Program-made: the position numbers and the translations under genes
Assembly: GCA_031428395.1 (NCBI GenBank)
Contig: JANPPH010000181.1
Coordinates: forward strand, 1 to 33,188
Direction of reading: 5' to 3'
DNA: 33,188 nucleotides
Source of the DNA: Gammaproteobacteria bacterium
GTDB lineage: Bacteria > Pseudomonadota > Gammaproteobacteria > JAADHS01
Notes under the pieces: generated by a model
What the model was told of the DNA's origin: nothing
Seen by the model: only the letters and a program-made list of their open reading frames with translations
Databases searched by the model: none
Shown: in pieces, positions 18,020-25,366 of the stretch
Layout of the letters: every line of letters begins with the position of its first letter
Position numbering within the stretch: position 1 is the first letter of the stretch

Positions 18020-19161
18020 TGCTTTCTCGACTTTCGCGGACGCTGGTCCTATTAAGCTGTCTGTTAGCGGCCTGCGATTCTGGCTCGCAGCCACCCAGCG
18101 TCGCCGCTACTCCAAAATCTTCAACGCTGGATTCCGCGGATCAAGAGTGGGCCGTTCTCGAGGCATTTGATGTGGGGCCCGACGTCTATGTGCGAGCAAT
18201 CGCTACCGATCCGCGCAGTAACACGCTATGGGTAGGTACATCGGTCGGCGCGCTCGAAGTCAATTTGAAAACCCGCGATGTCTTGCGTACCCACACCCGC
18301 GCCGAGGGATTGGCCAATGAATATGTGTTTGCTCTTGCCGTCGATCGTGAAGGCGGCACTTGGTTTGGCACGAATGGCGGAGGCGCCTCGCGCTTCTACC
18401 AAAGCAAATGGAAAACCTATTTTCCCATGCATGGCTTGGCCGACTATTGGGTGTACTCCTTTGGCGAGCAGGCGAATGGCGCATTTTGGATAGGCACCTG
18501 GGCAGGCGCTAGCCGCATCGACCCTGTCACGGGGAATTTAACTAATTTCGTCAAAGAGTTAGTCAATGAGTGGGTTTATGGGATCGACGTAGATTCGCAA
18601 GATCGCGTGTGGTTCGGTACGGAAGGCGGCGTTTCAATGTACGATGGTAAAACATGGAGGGCTTGGACCCACGCCGATGGCCTCGGCGCGCCCAATGCGC
18701 AGAATCTTCCCCCCAGCACAAACACCGGCTTAGGCACGCGCACGCGGCACGACTTAAGCCTCCAACGCGACGGTCAAGGCACCTACAATCCAAGCTACGT
18801 GTTCGCCGTAGAGGTTACGCAAGACAATAATGTCTGGGCAGGAACCTGGGGCGGCGGGGTAGCGCGTTTCGACGGCAAAAAATGGCGAAATTACACCACG
18901 GCGGAAGGATTAAGCGGCAATATTGTATTCAGCATTGCTGAAGACATGCAGGGCCATTTATGGTTTGGCACGGATCAGGGATTGACACGTTTTGACGGTC
19001 AACGTTTTCAGCGTTTTGATCAAAAAAATGGTATTACCGGTACCAACATTTATTCGGTAGCCGTAGCGCCGAATGGGGAAATCTGGCTGGGTACCCGAGG
19101 CAGCGTGATGCGCTTCGGTCTTCGGCCCAAGTCCAACGCATCGCAAGGCGCAAAGCAGTGA
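18019..19161 (+). CDS. Standalone beta-propeller lipoprotein with Reg_prop-like ('two-component regulator propeller') repeats, paralogue 1
   Basis: Lipobox LLAAC. About 7 repeats of the pattern W(F/V/I)GT..GG..R(F/Y)DG..W..Y...(D/E)GL..N.V, for example WAGTWGGGVARFDGKKWRNYTTAEGLSGNIVFSIAEDMQGHLWFGT. The start ATG shares one base with the cytochrome c stop (TAATG). Confidence 0.75.
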   Translation: MLSRLSRTLVLLSCLLAACDSGSQPPSVAATPKSSTLDSADQEWAVLEAFDVGPDVYVRAIATDPRSNTLWVGTSVGALEVNLKTRDVLRTHTRAEGLANEYVFALAVDREGGTWFGTNGGGASRFYQSKWKTYFPMHGLADYWVYSFGEQANGAFWIGTWAGASRIDPVTGNLTNFVKELVNEWVYGIDVDSQDRVWFGTEGGVSMYDGKTWRAWTHADGLGAPNAQNLPPSTNTGLGTRTRHDLSLQRDGQGTYNPSYVFAVEVTQDNNVWAGTWGGGVARFDGKKWRNYTTAEGLSGNIVFSIAEDMQGHLWFGTDQGLTRFDGQRFQRFDQKNGITGTNIYSVAVAPNGEIWLGTRGSVMRFGLRPKSNASQGAKQ

Positions 19162-20408
19162 AACTCGATTATAAAGCGGTAGCAGTGTTGCTCGTGGTCG
19201 CGAGCGGTTTGGTGGTTGTCGCATACAATATGGGCCAAAATAACGCCCAAACAGCCGTGGCGGGGGTGCCCATCCAAGCGCCTTCAAGCGTCGCCAATCC
19301 AGATCTACCCGCTAATCGGCTCCCAGCTCAAGCGAGTACTGTTAGCGCTTTCGATTTGGGCCAACCCAGTATCGAAAAAAACGCCAAGCTCATGCATTTT
19401 AAAGTGGGCAATCGTAACGTCAAAAGCATGTATGCAGATGGCAAAATCGTTTGGATTGGAACATCAGGCGGCGTGATTCGATACGACACTGAGACCGACG
19501 CCTACAAACTTTACGACAATCAAACGAGCGGTTTGCTCTCAAATGGCATTTTCCACGTTAGCAAATTAGGTAAGCGTATTATTGCTGGCACTTACGGCGG
19601 CGGTTTATCAGTGCTGGATTTGGGCACTCAGAAATGGAAAAACATCAATATCCCTGATGGCCTGGCCGATCAATTTGTTTACGACGTTGAGCAAGCGCCT
19701 AACGGCGATGTATGGATTGCCACATGGTCAGGCGCCAACCGCATCCGCGGTAGCGATTTGGAAAATCCGGCTGCGTGGGAGTCATTCACGGTTGAAAATA
19801 CTAAGGGTGGGCTGCCTAATCCGTGGGTATATGGAGTTGAAGTAGGCAGAAATGGGGATATCTGGTTTGCGACCGAATCGGGCTTGGCGCGTTATAAAGA
19901 CGGCGTATGGGAAAATTGGCAGCATAAGGATGGATTGGGTGCGCCTTTTGAGGTTGTGCGCGATGCCATCCAATTTACCAGCGATCCGGCCAAGGCATCC
20001 AAGCACCACGCCCAGCAAAAAAGCGAACAAGGCTTGGACAGCGTCGATGTCGCCTACAATCCCAATTACATAATTTCTCTGAAAGTGGATAAGGATGGCA
20101 TTGTTTGGTGCGGTACGTGGGGTGGTGGCTTAGCCCGTTTCGACGGTAAGACATGGCGCAACTACACCACCGCTGACGGGTTGCCAGGCAATCATATTTT
20201 CATGCTCTATATCGACCCGCAAAATACCCTGTGGGCCGGTACTAGCCGGGGCTTGGCTAAAGTTAACGCCGAAAACGGCAAATTCTCAGTGCTAACGACC
20301 AAAGACGGGTTATATGCAGACAATGTGTTTTCGATGGCGAATGCTGCTGACGGGTCTGTCTGGATAGGTAGTTTTGGTGGTGTTGCAAGGCTGGGGAAAA
20401 CATTATAA
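19158..20408 (+). CDS. Standalone membrane-anchored beta-propeller protein with Reg_prop-like repeats, paralogue 2
   Basis: N-terminal hydrophobic anchor AVAVLLVVASGLVVVAY. It has the same repeat pattern, for example WCGTWGGGLARFDGKTWRNYTTADGLPGNHIFMLYIDPQNTLWAGT. The GTG start overlaps the upstream stop (GTGA). Confidence 0.75.
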   Translation: MKLDYKAVAVLLVVASGLVVVAYNMGQNNAQTAVAGVPIQAPSSVANPDLPANRLPAQASTVSAFDLGQPSIEKNAKLMHFKVGNRNVKSMYADGKIVWIGTSGGVIRYDTETDAYKLYDNQTSGLLSNGIFHVSKLGKRIIAGTYGGGLSVLDLGTQKWKNINIPDGLADQFVYDVEQAPNGDVWIATWSGANRIRGSDLENPAAWESFTVENTKGGLPNPWVYGVEVGRNGDIWFATESGLARYKDGVWENWQHKDGLGAPFEVVRDAIQFTSDPAKASKHHAQQKSEQGLDSVDVAYNPNYIISLKVDKDGIVWCGTWGGGLARFDGKTWRNYTTADGLPGNHIFMLYIDPQNTLWAGTSRGLAKVNAENGKFSVLTTKDGLYADNVFSMANAADGSVWIGSFGGVARLGKTL

Positions 20409-20442
20409 TAATCAATTAAGTGTCGGTTATATCCCAATAATA

Positions 20443-20620
20443 AACCCAGATTTTCCATTAGCCTCGTAGCGAGGGTGCGCAAGGTACTGAAGAGGGGCGA
20501 GAAAAGATGAAAAACAGTCGGAGGCGTAGTCACTCTACGGTGATAGACTGTTTTTCATCTTTTCTCGCGCAGATTCAGTGTGTTGTGCGGCCGCAGTAGA
20601 GTGCTAATGGAAAATCTGGG
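20443..20620. repeat. Palindromic repeat element, long copy (MITE/REP-like) with a nested 23 bp hairpin
   Basis: Terminal inverted repeats cccagattttccattagc (20445-20462) and gctaatggaaaatctggg (20603-20620). Internal perfect 23 bp arms are gcgagaaaagatgaaaaacagtc (20497-20519) and gactgtttttcatcttttctcgc (20546-20568). The left 40 bp is the reverse complement of 9963-10002. Confidence 0.75.
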
Positions 20621-20626
20621 ATAAAT

Positions 20627-20645
20627 AGCCGTCCCGGCTTTTGTT
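20627..20645 (+). terminator. Small intrinsic-terminator-like hairpin after the propeller operon
   Basis: agccg-tcc-cggct followed by ttttgtt. The stem is short (5 bp), so support is weak. Confidence 0.35.
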
Positions 20646-20795
20646 GGTGTTTATGCCTTCGGTCTTAAGCCCTTCCCATCCAATATTCTGGAAACGCGTT
20701 CCTATATTCACGCAGTGGGGAGTTTTTGCGGAGTTTTTTATGCCCACGCATAAGACCTTATCTAATTTCCTCGTGCCGCCAATCGAGGTGTGCCT

Positions 20796-23297
20796 ATGAA
20801 AAGCTTAGGTACGCGACTCGCACTTGTTATTTCCACCGTTTTGTTTGTCCTAGTCATGCTAACTGGCCTATGGCTGGAACGCCAGCTGGTAAATATTATC
20901 TATCAAGAGGAAGTAACCCAAGCGGAAGTGCATGCCAAAACGTTGCTCGCCAGCCTGCAAACACTAATGCTTAATGGCCAGGGAATTTTGGCTCGGCAAT
21001 GGCTCGATCGTATGGATAGGCAACAGGGCATTGTCGACATCGACGTCTTGCGCATCAACGGCCAGGAAGCGTTTAGCGATCTTTCCACTGTTGAAGACGT
21101 TAATCGCTTTCTAAAAAGACCACGCTTTCAAAGGCAACCTGCCCAACCGCGCAATAATCCACCGCCGCCCAAAGACTTGTTCGATCGCGCAACTAATGGT
21201 GAGGTGGTGTTTGATCAAAGCGTGCAGAATCAGATTACTGTCTTGATGCCCATACACGCTGATACGGCGTGTCTTGCTTGTCACGGTTATGACCGCTCGG
21301 CGTTGCGCGGTATTTTAAGATTGTCTCTGTCGCGCGAGGACACCGCAAAGCGCGTTGATGCGATGCGAAATCAACTGTGGGCTGTCGGCGGAATTCTAGT
21401 CTTAACGTTAGGACTTGCCCTATGGACGGCATTGCGTTTTAACGTGTTGCGGCCGATTGCTGTATTACGCCAAGCGATTACGCGTGTAGGTCAAGGAGAC
21501 CGTAGCGCAAAATTGCCGGTGGATTGGCGCGATGAGTTGGGCGAAGTGGCGATTGTGTTCAATCGCATGCAAAAAAATCTGCATGCCACGGAGACGCGCA
21601 TTCGTTCAGTGATGGATAACGTCATGGATGCCATTATCACCATTGACGAACAAGGCGTGATGGAGTCAGTCAATCCTGCTGTCATAAAAATGTTTGGATA
21701 TAGTCCGGTTGAGTTAATCGGAAAAAATATTTCAATCTTAATGCCAGAGCCGTATAAGAGCCTTCACGATGGCTATATTGCCGAATATTTGCGTTCTAAA
21801 AGAGCAAAGATCATTGGTAAAGGTGCGGTGGAAGTGGTCGCAATGCGTAAAGATGGCACGGTCTTTCCGCTGGAGATCGGCTTGAGTGAACTACATATTG
21901 ATGATCGGCTTTATTTTATCGGCATTGGGCGCGACATTACTCAGCGCAAGGCACAGATGTTGGCTATCCAGCATCAAGCCTTGCACGATGCACTCACAGA
22001 GCTACCTAATCGCACGTTGCTATCTGATCGTTTGCAGCAAGCGGTATTGCGCACGCAGCGTAGCGGTGGTCAGTTTGCGTTGTTGATTATGGATTTAGAT
22101 CGATTTAAGGAAATCAACGACACGCTGGGTCATCACTATGGCGATTTAATGCTTAAGCAAGTGGCAAAAAGGATGCAAATTTCTTTGCGTGAGTCCGACA
22201 CGATTGCCAGGCTCGGCGGCGATGAGTTTGCCGTATTGCTGAGTAAATCCGATGCCGAACAGGCGGCGCAAATTGCTCAAAAATTATTAAGTGTCTTGGA
22301 TGCGCCTTTTGCGCTAGAGGGCCAGGTCTTGCACATTGGCGCAAGTATTGGTATTTCGCTCTTCCCCGACCACGGTCAAGACCCCGCTGCCTTGATGCGC
22401 CTTGCTGATGTCGCGATGTATGTCGCTAAACGCGCTCAAAGTGGTTATGCGCTATACGATGCTGCGAAAGACGAGCATACGTTGCGAAACTTGGCATTGG
22501 TAGGAGAGCTGCGAGCGGCCATCGAGCATCAACAGTTAGTGGTCTATTATCAGCCTAAACTTGATGTTAAAACCGGCAAAGTGACTGGTGTCGAAGCGTT
22601 GCTGCGTTGGCATCACCCGACGCATGGGTTGATGCAACCTGAAGAATTTATCGAACTCGCTGAGCAAACCGGTCTGATTATGTCGTTAACTATGTGGGTA
22701 ATCGGTGAAGGCTTGCGCCAGGCTCGGGAATGGCAGCAGGCTGGCGTTGACCTAGACATGGCGGTAAATTTATCAGTGCGTAATCTTCAAGACGCCCAAT
22801 TTTTAGCGCGAGTTACAACATTGGTGGAAGTTCTAGGACTTCGTCCGGGTAGTTTTTGGCTGGAGATTACCGAGACTGCCATTATGTCCGATACCGCTCG
22901 CGCGCAAGTGAACCTTATCGGTTTAAGTAAACTCGGCTTTAAACTCTCTATCGACGATTTTGGTACGGGCTATTCCTCGCTGGCCTACTTGAAACAATTG
23001 CCGGTAAACGAAGTGAAAATTGATAAGTCGTTTGTATTGGGCATGGTCGATAGCGACAGCAGTGCTGCAATTGTTCATTCAACCATTGATTTGGCACATA
23101 CTATTGGTTTGCACGTTATTGCAGAAGGCGTGGAAGATGAAAAAACTTATCGTCTTCTTGGGGCGCTCGGTTGCGATGCCATTCAAGGTAATTACATTAG
23201 CCCGCCTTTACCGGTTGCGGACTTAATGGCTTGGCTGCAAACATCGTCATGGTCTTCGGCTGGGCAGAGTTTGGCTAGGCCCACTGAAAATCCTTAG
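20796..23297 (+). CDS. Membrane sensor with a CxxCH-containing periplasmic domain, HAMP, PAS, GGDEF and EAL domains (c-di-GMP cyclase/phosphodiesterase)
   Basis: TM1 is LALVISTVLFVLVMLTGLWL. A periplasmic segment of about 165 aa ends in MPIHADTACLACHGYD. TM2 follows, then a HAMP domain (PIAVLRQAI...DELGEVAIVFNRM), a PAS domain, the GGDEF motif RLGGDEFAVLL, and EAL motifs EALLRW, DDFGTGYSSL, KIDKSF and EGVE. The ATG at 20796 has a gagg 8 nt upstream; the track start is a GTG at 20790. Confidence 0.85.
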   Translation: MKSLGTRLALVISTVLFVLVMLTGLWLERQLVNIIYQEEVTQAEVHAKTLLASLQTLMLNGQGILARQWLDRMDRQQGIVDIDVLRINGQEAFSDLSTVEDVNRFLKRPRFQRQPAQPRNNPPPPKDLFDRATNGEVVFDQSVQNQITVLMPIHADTACLACHGYDRSALRGILRLSLSREDTAKRVDAMRNQLWAVGGILVLTLGLALWTALRFNVLRPIAVLRQAITRVGQGDRSAKLPVDWRDELGEVAIVFNRMQKNLHATETRIRSVMDNVMDAIITIDEQGVMESVNPAVIKMFGYSPVELIGKNISILMPEPYKSLHDGYIAEYLRSKRAKIIGKGAVEVVAMRKDGTVFPLEIGLSELHIDDRLYFIGIGRDITQRKAQMLAIQHQALHDALTELPNRTLLSDRLQQAVLRTQRSGGQFALLIMDLDRFKEINDTLGHHYGDLMLKQVAKRMQISLRESDTIARLGGDEFAVLLSKSDAEQAAQIAQKLLSVLDAPFALEGQVLHIGASIGISLFPDHGQDPAALMRLADVAMYVAKRAQSGYALYDAAKDEHTLRNLALVGELRAAIEHQQLVVYYQPKLDVKTGKVTGVEALLRWHHPTHGLMQPEEFIELAEQTGLIMSLTMWVIGEGLRQAREWQQAGVDLDMAVNLSVRNLQDAQFLARVTTLVEVLGLRPGSFWLEITETAIMSDTARAQVNLIGLSKLGFKLSIDDFGTGYSSLAYLKQLPVNEVKIDKSFVLGMVDSDSSAAIVHSTIDLAHTIGLHVIAEGVEDEKTYRLLGALGCDAIQGNYISPPLPVADLMAWLQTSSWSSAGQSLARPTENP
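21270..21284 (+). other. CLACH heme c attachment motif inside the periplasmic sensor domain
   Basis: tgt ctt gct tgt cac, read directly from the sequence. It lies between the two predicted TM helices, so it is on the side where the Ccm system acts. Confidence 0.6.
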
Positions 23298-23354
23298 CCC
23301 ATAGAGCAAACAATAAAAAGAAACTGAGCGGTAGAGTGCACTCTGCGTGTAACG

Positions 23355-24425
23355 TTAAGGGGTCGCGGCCTTAGCGGGTAGCGCTGCTGGGCGGAAGATA
23401 TCGACTTTGCGGAAGAACTGATCGACTACATAGACGCGGCCATTTTCGTCAATATCTATCCCTGCCGGCAGCATATACTTTCCAGGCGCGCCGACTTGAC
23501 CACGATCGCCTATAAACAGCAGCAGTTGTCCATCGCCATTAAAAATCTGTACGTTGCCAAAGGCAGTGTCGACAACATAAATGTTACCCGCGCTGTCAGT
23601 CGCTATACCCTTGGGTCGCGCAAATTGGCCGGGGTAGCGGCCTAACGAGCCGAAAGTCGTGTCGAAACTACCGTCAGCGTTAAATGCTTGAATGCGAAAA
23701 TTTCCCGAATCAACGACGTAGAGTTTCCCCGAGGGTGCGACGGCTGCCTGTAAAGGAAAATTGAATTCTCCGTTGTTTTGGCCACGTTTGCCGATAGTTT
23801 GTAGAAATGCGCCCGTTTGAGCGTCGAACACCTGCACCGCGTGTGCTTGGCTGTCCACGCCGCCGGCATCTACTATGTATAAGCGCGTGCCGGTGGGGTC
23901 GAGCGTAACGTCCGAGGGCCGTTGCAGTTGACTTTGCCCGCCAATCGAACGGAGATAATGGCCATCTAAGTCATATACCAACACTTGATTGGCGCCGATG
24001 TCGACGACGAATATTTCGTCCCGCGCCGAAATTGCAATGCCCGCTGGTTTAACTAACATTCCGGGCTCTTCGTTACCAAACTCAACATAGCGGCCACCCG
24101 CAATATCGAACATCACTACCGCTTTGCGCACGGTATCGGTGACATAAACACGGTCTTTATACGCTGCCACATCGTAGGGTTTCGTTAAGCCACGCACCTC
24201 TTTCGGCGCGCCGGTTGCCAAGAGTTTTAGGCGGTCGCTGAACTTGGCTTTTTCTACGCTATCGCTAAAACTAAGTGTGCGCTCGAAGATAAACCGTGGC
24301 TCTTCGGGGGGTCGGGGGTAAACAAGCGGGCCAACAGTGGGCGCCTCAGGGGTGCTGGCGCATGCGAACAAAAAAGCAGTCAGGACTAAAAAGGCGGGAC
24401 GCGCACGAACACTCATTTTTAACAT
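23355..24425 (-). CDS. NHL-repeat six-bladed beta-propeller lipoprotein
   Basis: Lipobox FLFAC. Repeated blades of the pattern F..P.GIA.D..G.IYV.D..N..V.(V/I)F, for example FARPKGIATDSAGNIYVVDTAFGNVQIFNGDG. Confidence 0.75.
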   Translation of the reverse strand: MLKMSVRARPAFLVLTAFLFACASTPEAPTVGPLVYPRPPEEPRFIFERTLSFSDSVEKAKFSDRLKLLATGAPKEVRGLTKPYDVAAYKDRVYVTDTVRKAVVMFDIAGGRYVEFGNEEPGMLVKPAGIAISARDEIFVVDIGANQVLVYDLDGHYLRSIGGQSQLQRPSDVTLDPTGTRLYIVDAGGVDSQAHAVQVFDAQTGAFLQTIGKRGQNNGEFNFPLQAAVAPSGKLYVVDSGNFRIQAFNADGSFDTTFGSLGRYPGQFARPKGIATDSAGNIYVVDTAFGNVQIFNGDGQLLLFIGDRGQVGAPGKYMLPAGIDIDENGRVYVVDQFFRKVDIFRPAALPAKAATP

Positions 24426-24436
24426 CTCAATGCCGC

Positions 24437-25186
24437 CTACTTAATGTGGCATGTCTCGCACAAACGGTCAGAGCGTGCGCGTAACAATAGACCAATGTCA
24501 GGGTTATGCACGTTGTGGCAACTCGCACACTCTACTTTACCCTCATATAGCTTCACGCCATTGTCAAAGCCGTAGGGCCCATCAGGCACTCTAAAATCTG
24601 CATCTATATTCGTCAGGCCAGCATAGGTCATTGAAAACGGGTGATCGTTTTGCAAGTCAGTGCCAATATGTTTGATTTCAATACTGTGCGCAGCCTCCCC
24701 ATTATGGCATTTGCCGCAATTCATCAGCGAATCGCCGCTGTTTATGCGCATGTGCAAGGCCGCATCTTCACTGCTGCGCCAGGTGTTGGGTTTGAATACC
24801 GTCATATCGACGGCCATAGTGCCATCGTGACAAGAAAGGCAGAGCAAGCTAATCGCGCTCGGGCTGCGGACTTTATTATCCAAGGTGCGGCTATCGTAAA
24901 TTTGATAGGTATTGATTGCCGGGACAAAACGGTTCCAACCGGGAATGCCGCCCGCTTTTGCAGGGTCAGCATCAGGTTGATCAGGCGGAAGGTGACAATA
25001 CACACACGGAGAACCTAAATCTGAAAACGCGACCGTGGGCATCGCCACGACTCCGGCGCGAATGTTTAGGCCGGTAAAATCGTGCTTAGTACCCAAAATT
25101 GTCCCGGCACTTAATGACGCTGGTAGCAGGACGGTAGCTAGAGCCAGCAACGTAAAGGTCGAGTATTTTTTTGGAATCCGTATCAT
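24437..25186 (-). CDS. Pentaheme c-type cytochrome (cytochrome c3/paired-CxxCH-like family)
   Basis: Signal peptide and five CxxCH motifs: CVYCH, CLSCH, CGKCH, CASCH, CETCH. The GTKHDF motif after the signal and the C-terminal LCETCH resemble deltaproteobacterial multiheme cytochromes. It lies 11 nt upstream of the NHL gene. Confidence 0.85.
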   Translation of the reverse strand: MIRIPKKYSTFTLLALATVLLPASLSAGTILGTKHDFTGLNIRAGVVAMPTVAFSDLGSPCVYCHLPPDQPDADPAKAGGIPGWNRFVPAINTYQIYDSRTLDNKVRSPSAISLLCLSCHDGTMAVDMTVFKPNTWRSSEDAALHMRINSGDSLMNCGKCHNGEAAHSIEIKHIGTDLQNDHPFSMTYAGLTNIDADFRVPDGPYGFDNGVKLYEGKVECASCHNVHNPDIGLLLRARSDRLCETCHIK

Positions 25187-25213
25187 TCTAAAATGGCGCT
25201 TTTTTTGTATGTG

Positions 25214-25229
25214 TTGATGGGTTTATCAA
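25214..25229. promoter_or_regulatory. Palindrome TTGAT-N6-ATCAA in the divergent cytochrome control region
   Basis: Perfect 5 bp half-sites read directly from the sequence. The half-sites are FNR/CRP-family-like, but the spacing is 6 nt rather than the canonical FNR spacing of 4 nt. Confidence 0.2.
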
Positions 25230-25267
25230 ATAAGAAAGCCGCTGCGCCTACATTCTAAACACTCAAT

Positions 25268-25280
25268 TGTGCGAAGCACA
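25268..25280. promoter_or_regulatory. Palindrome TGTGC-GAA-GCACA in the divergent cytochrome control region
   Basis: Perfect 5 bp arms. It is a candidate operator on symmetry only. Confidence 0.15.
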
Positions 25281-25366
25281 GAAGTTGCCACCCATGATGA
25301 TTCAAATCTTCGTCGTATTGAGCACCTGTGATAAAATAACACTCTAAATTATATCCATGCGCGGTG

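Noticed and set aside
18019-20408. The propellers as PQQ-dehydrogenase, cd1-nitrite-reductase/NirF-type or NosZ-type enzymes paired with their cytochrome
   Set aside because: The repeat motif (W.GT..GG..R.DG..W..Y...GL..N) is of the Reg_prop type. I see no PQQ tryptophan-docking pattern, heme d1 domain features or copper-site His clusters. This needs HMM confirmation.
9940-20620. The ccm / propeller block as a composite transposon bounded by the inverted repeat copies
   Set aside because: There is no transposase, integrase or recombinase anywhere in the window, and I could identify no convincing target-site duplication. ccm genes are core functions. A REP/MITE family occupying intergenic spacers is the simpler explanation. 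It is kept as a finding only for follow-up.
20689-20702. Sigma-54-like TGGAAA-N5-TTCC motif upstream of the heme-sensor gene
   Set aside because: The -12 element lacks the conserved GC (TTCC instead of TTGC). The match is therefore a near-palindrome (ggaaacgcgttcc) rather than a credible -24/-12 promoter.
20207-20974. Track ORFs 20207-20533 (minus strand) and 20726-20974 (plus strand)
   Set aside because: The first runs antisense through the propeller-2 3' end and the palindromic element. The second is out of frame over the sensor gene's 5' end. Neither has motifs.
23298-23354. Bidirectional terminator between the convergent sensor and NHL genes (agagtgcactct palindrome)
   Set aside because: The 12 bp palindrome has no loop. 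A fold-back with a usable loop leaves only 4-5 bp of stem and no flanking T-run, which is not enough to call a terminator.
25214-25229. Canonical FNR/ANR box upstream of the pentaheme cytochrome
   Set aside because: The half-sites TTGAT/ATCAA are perfect, but they are separated by 6 nt rather than 4. The site lies only about 28 nt from the start codon. It is kept only as a low-confidence generic palindrome.
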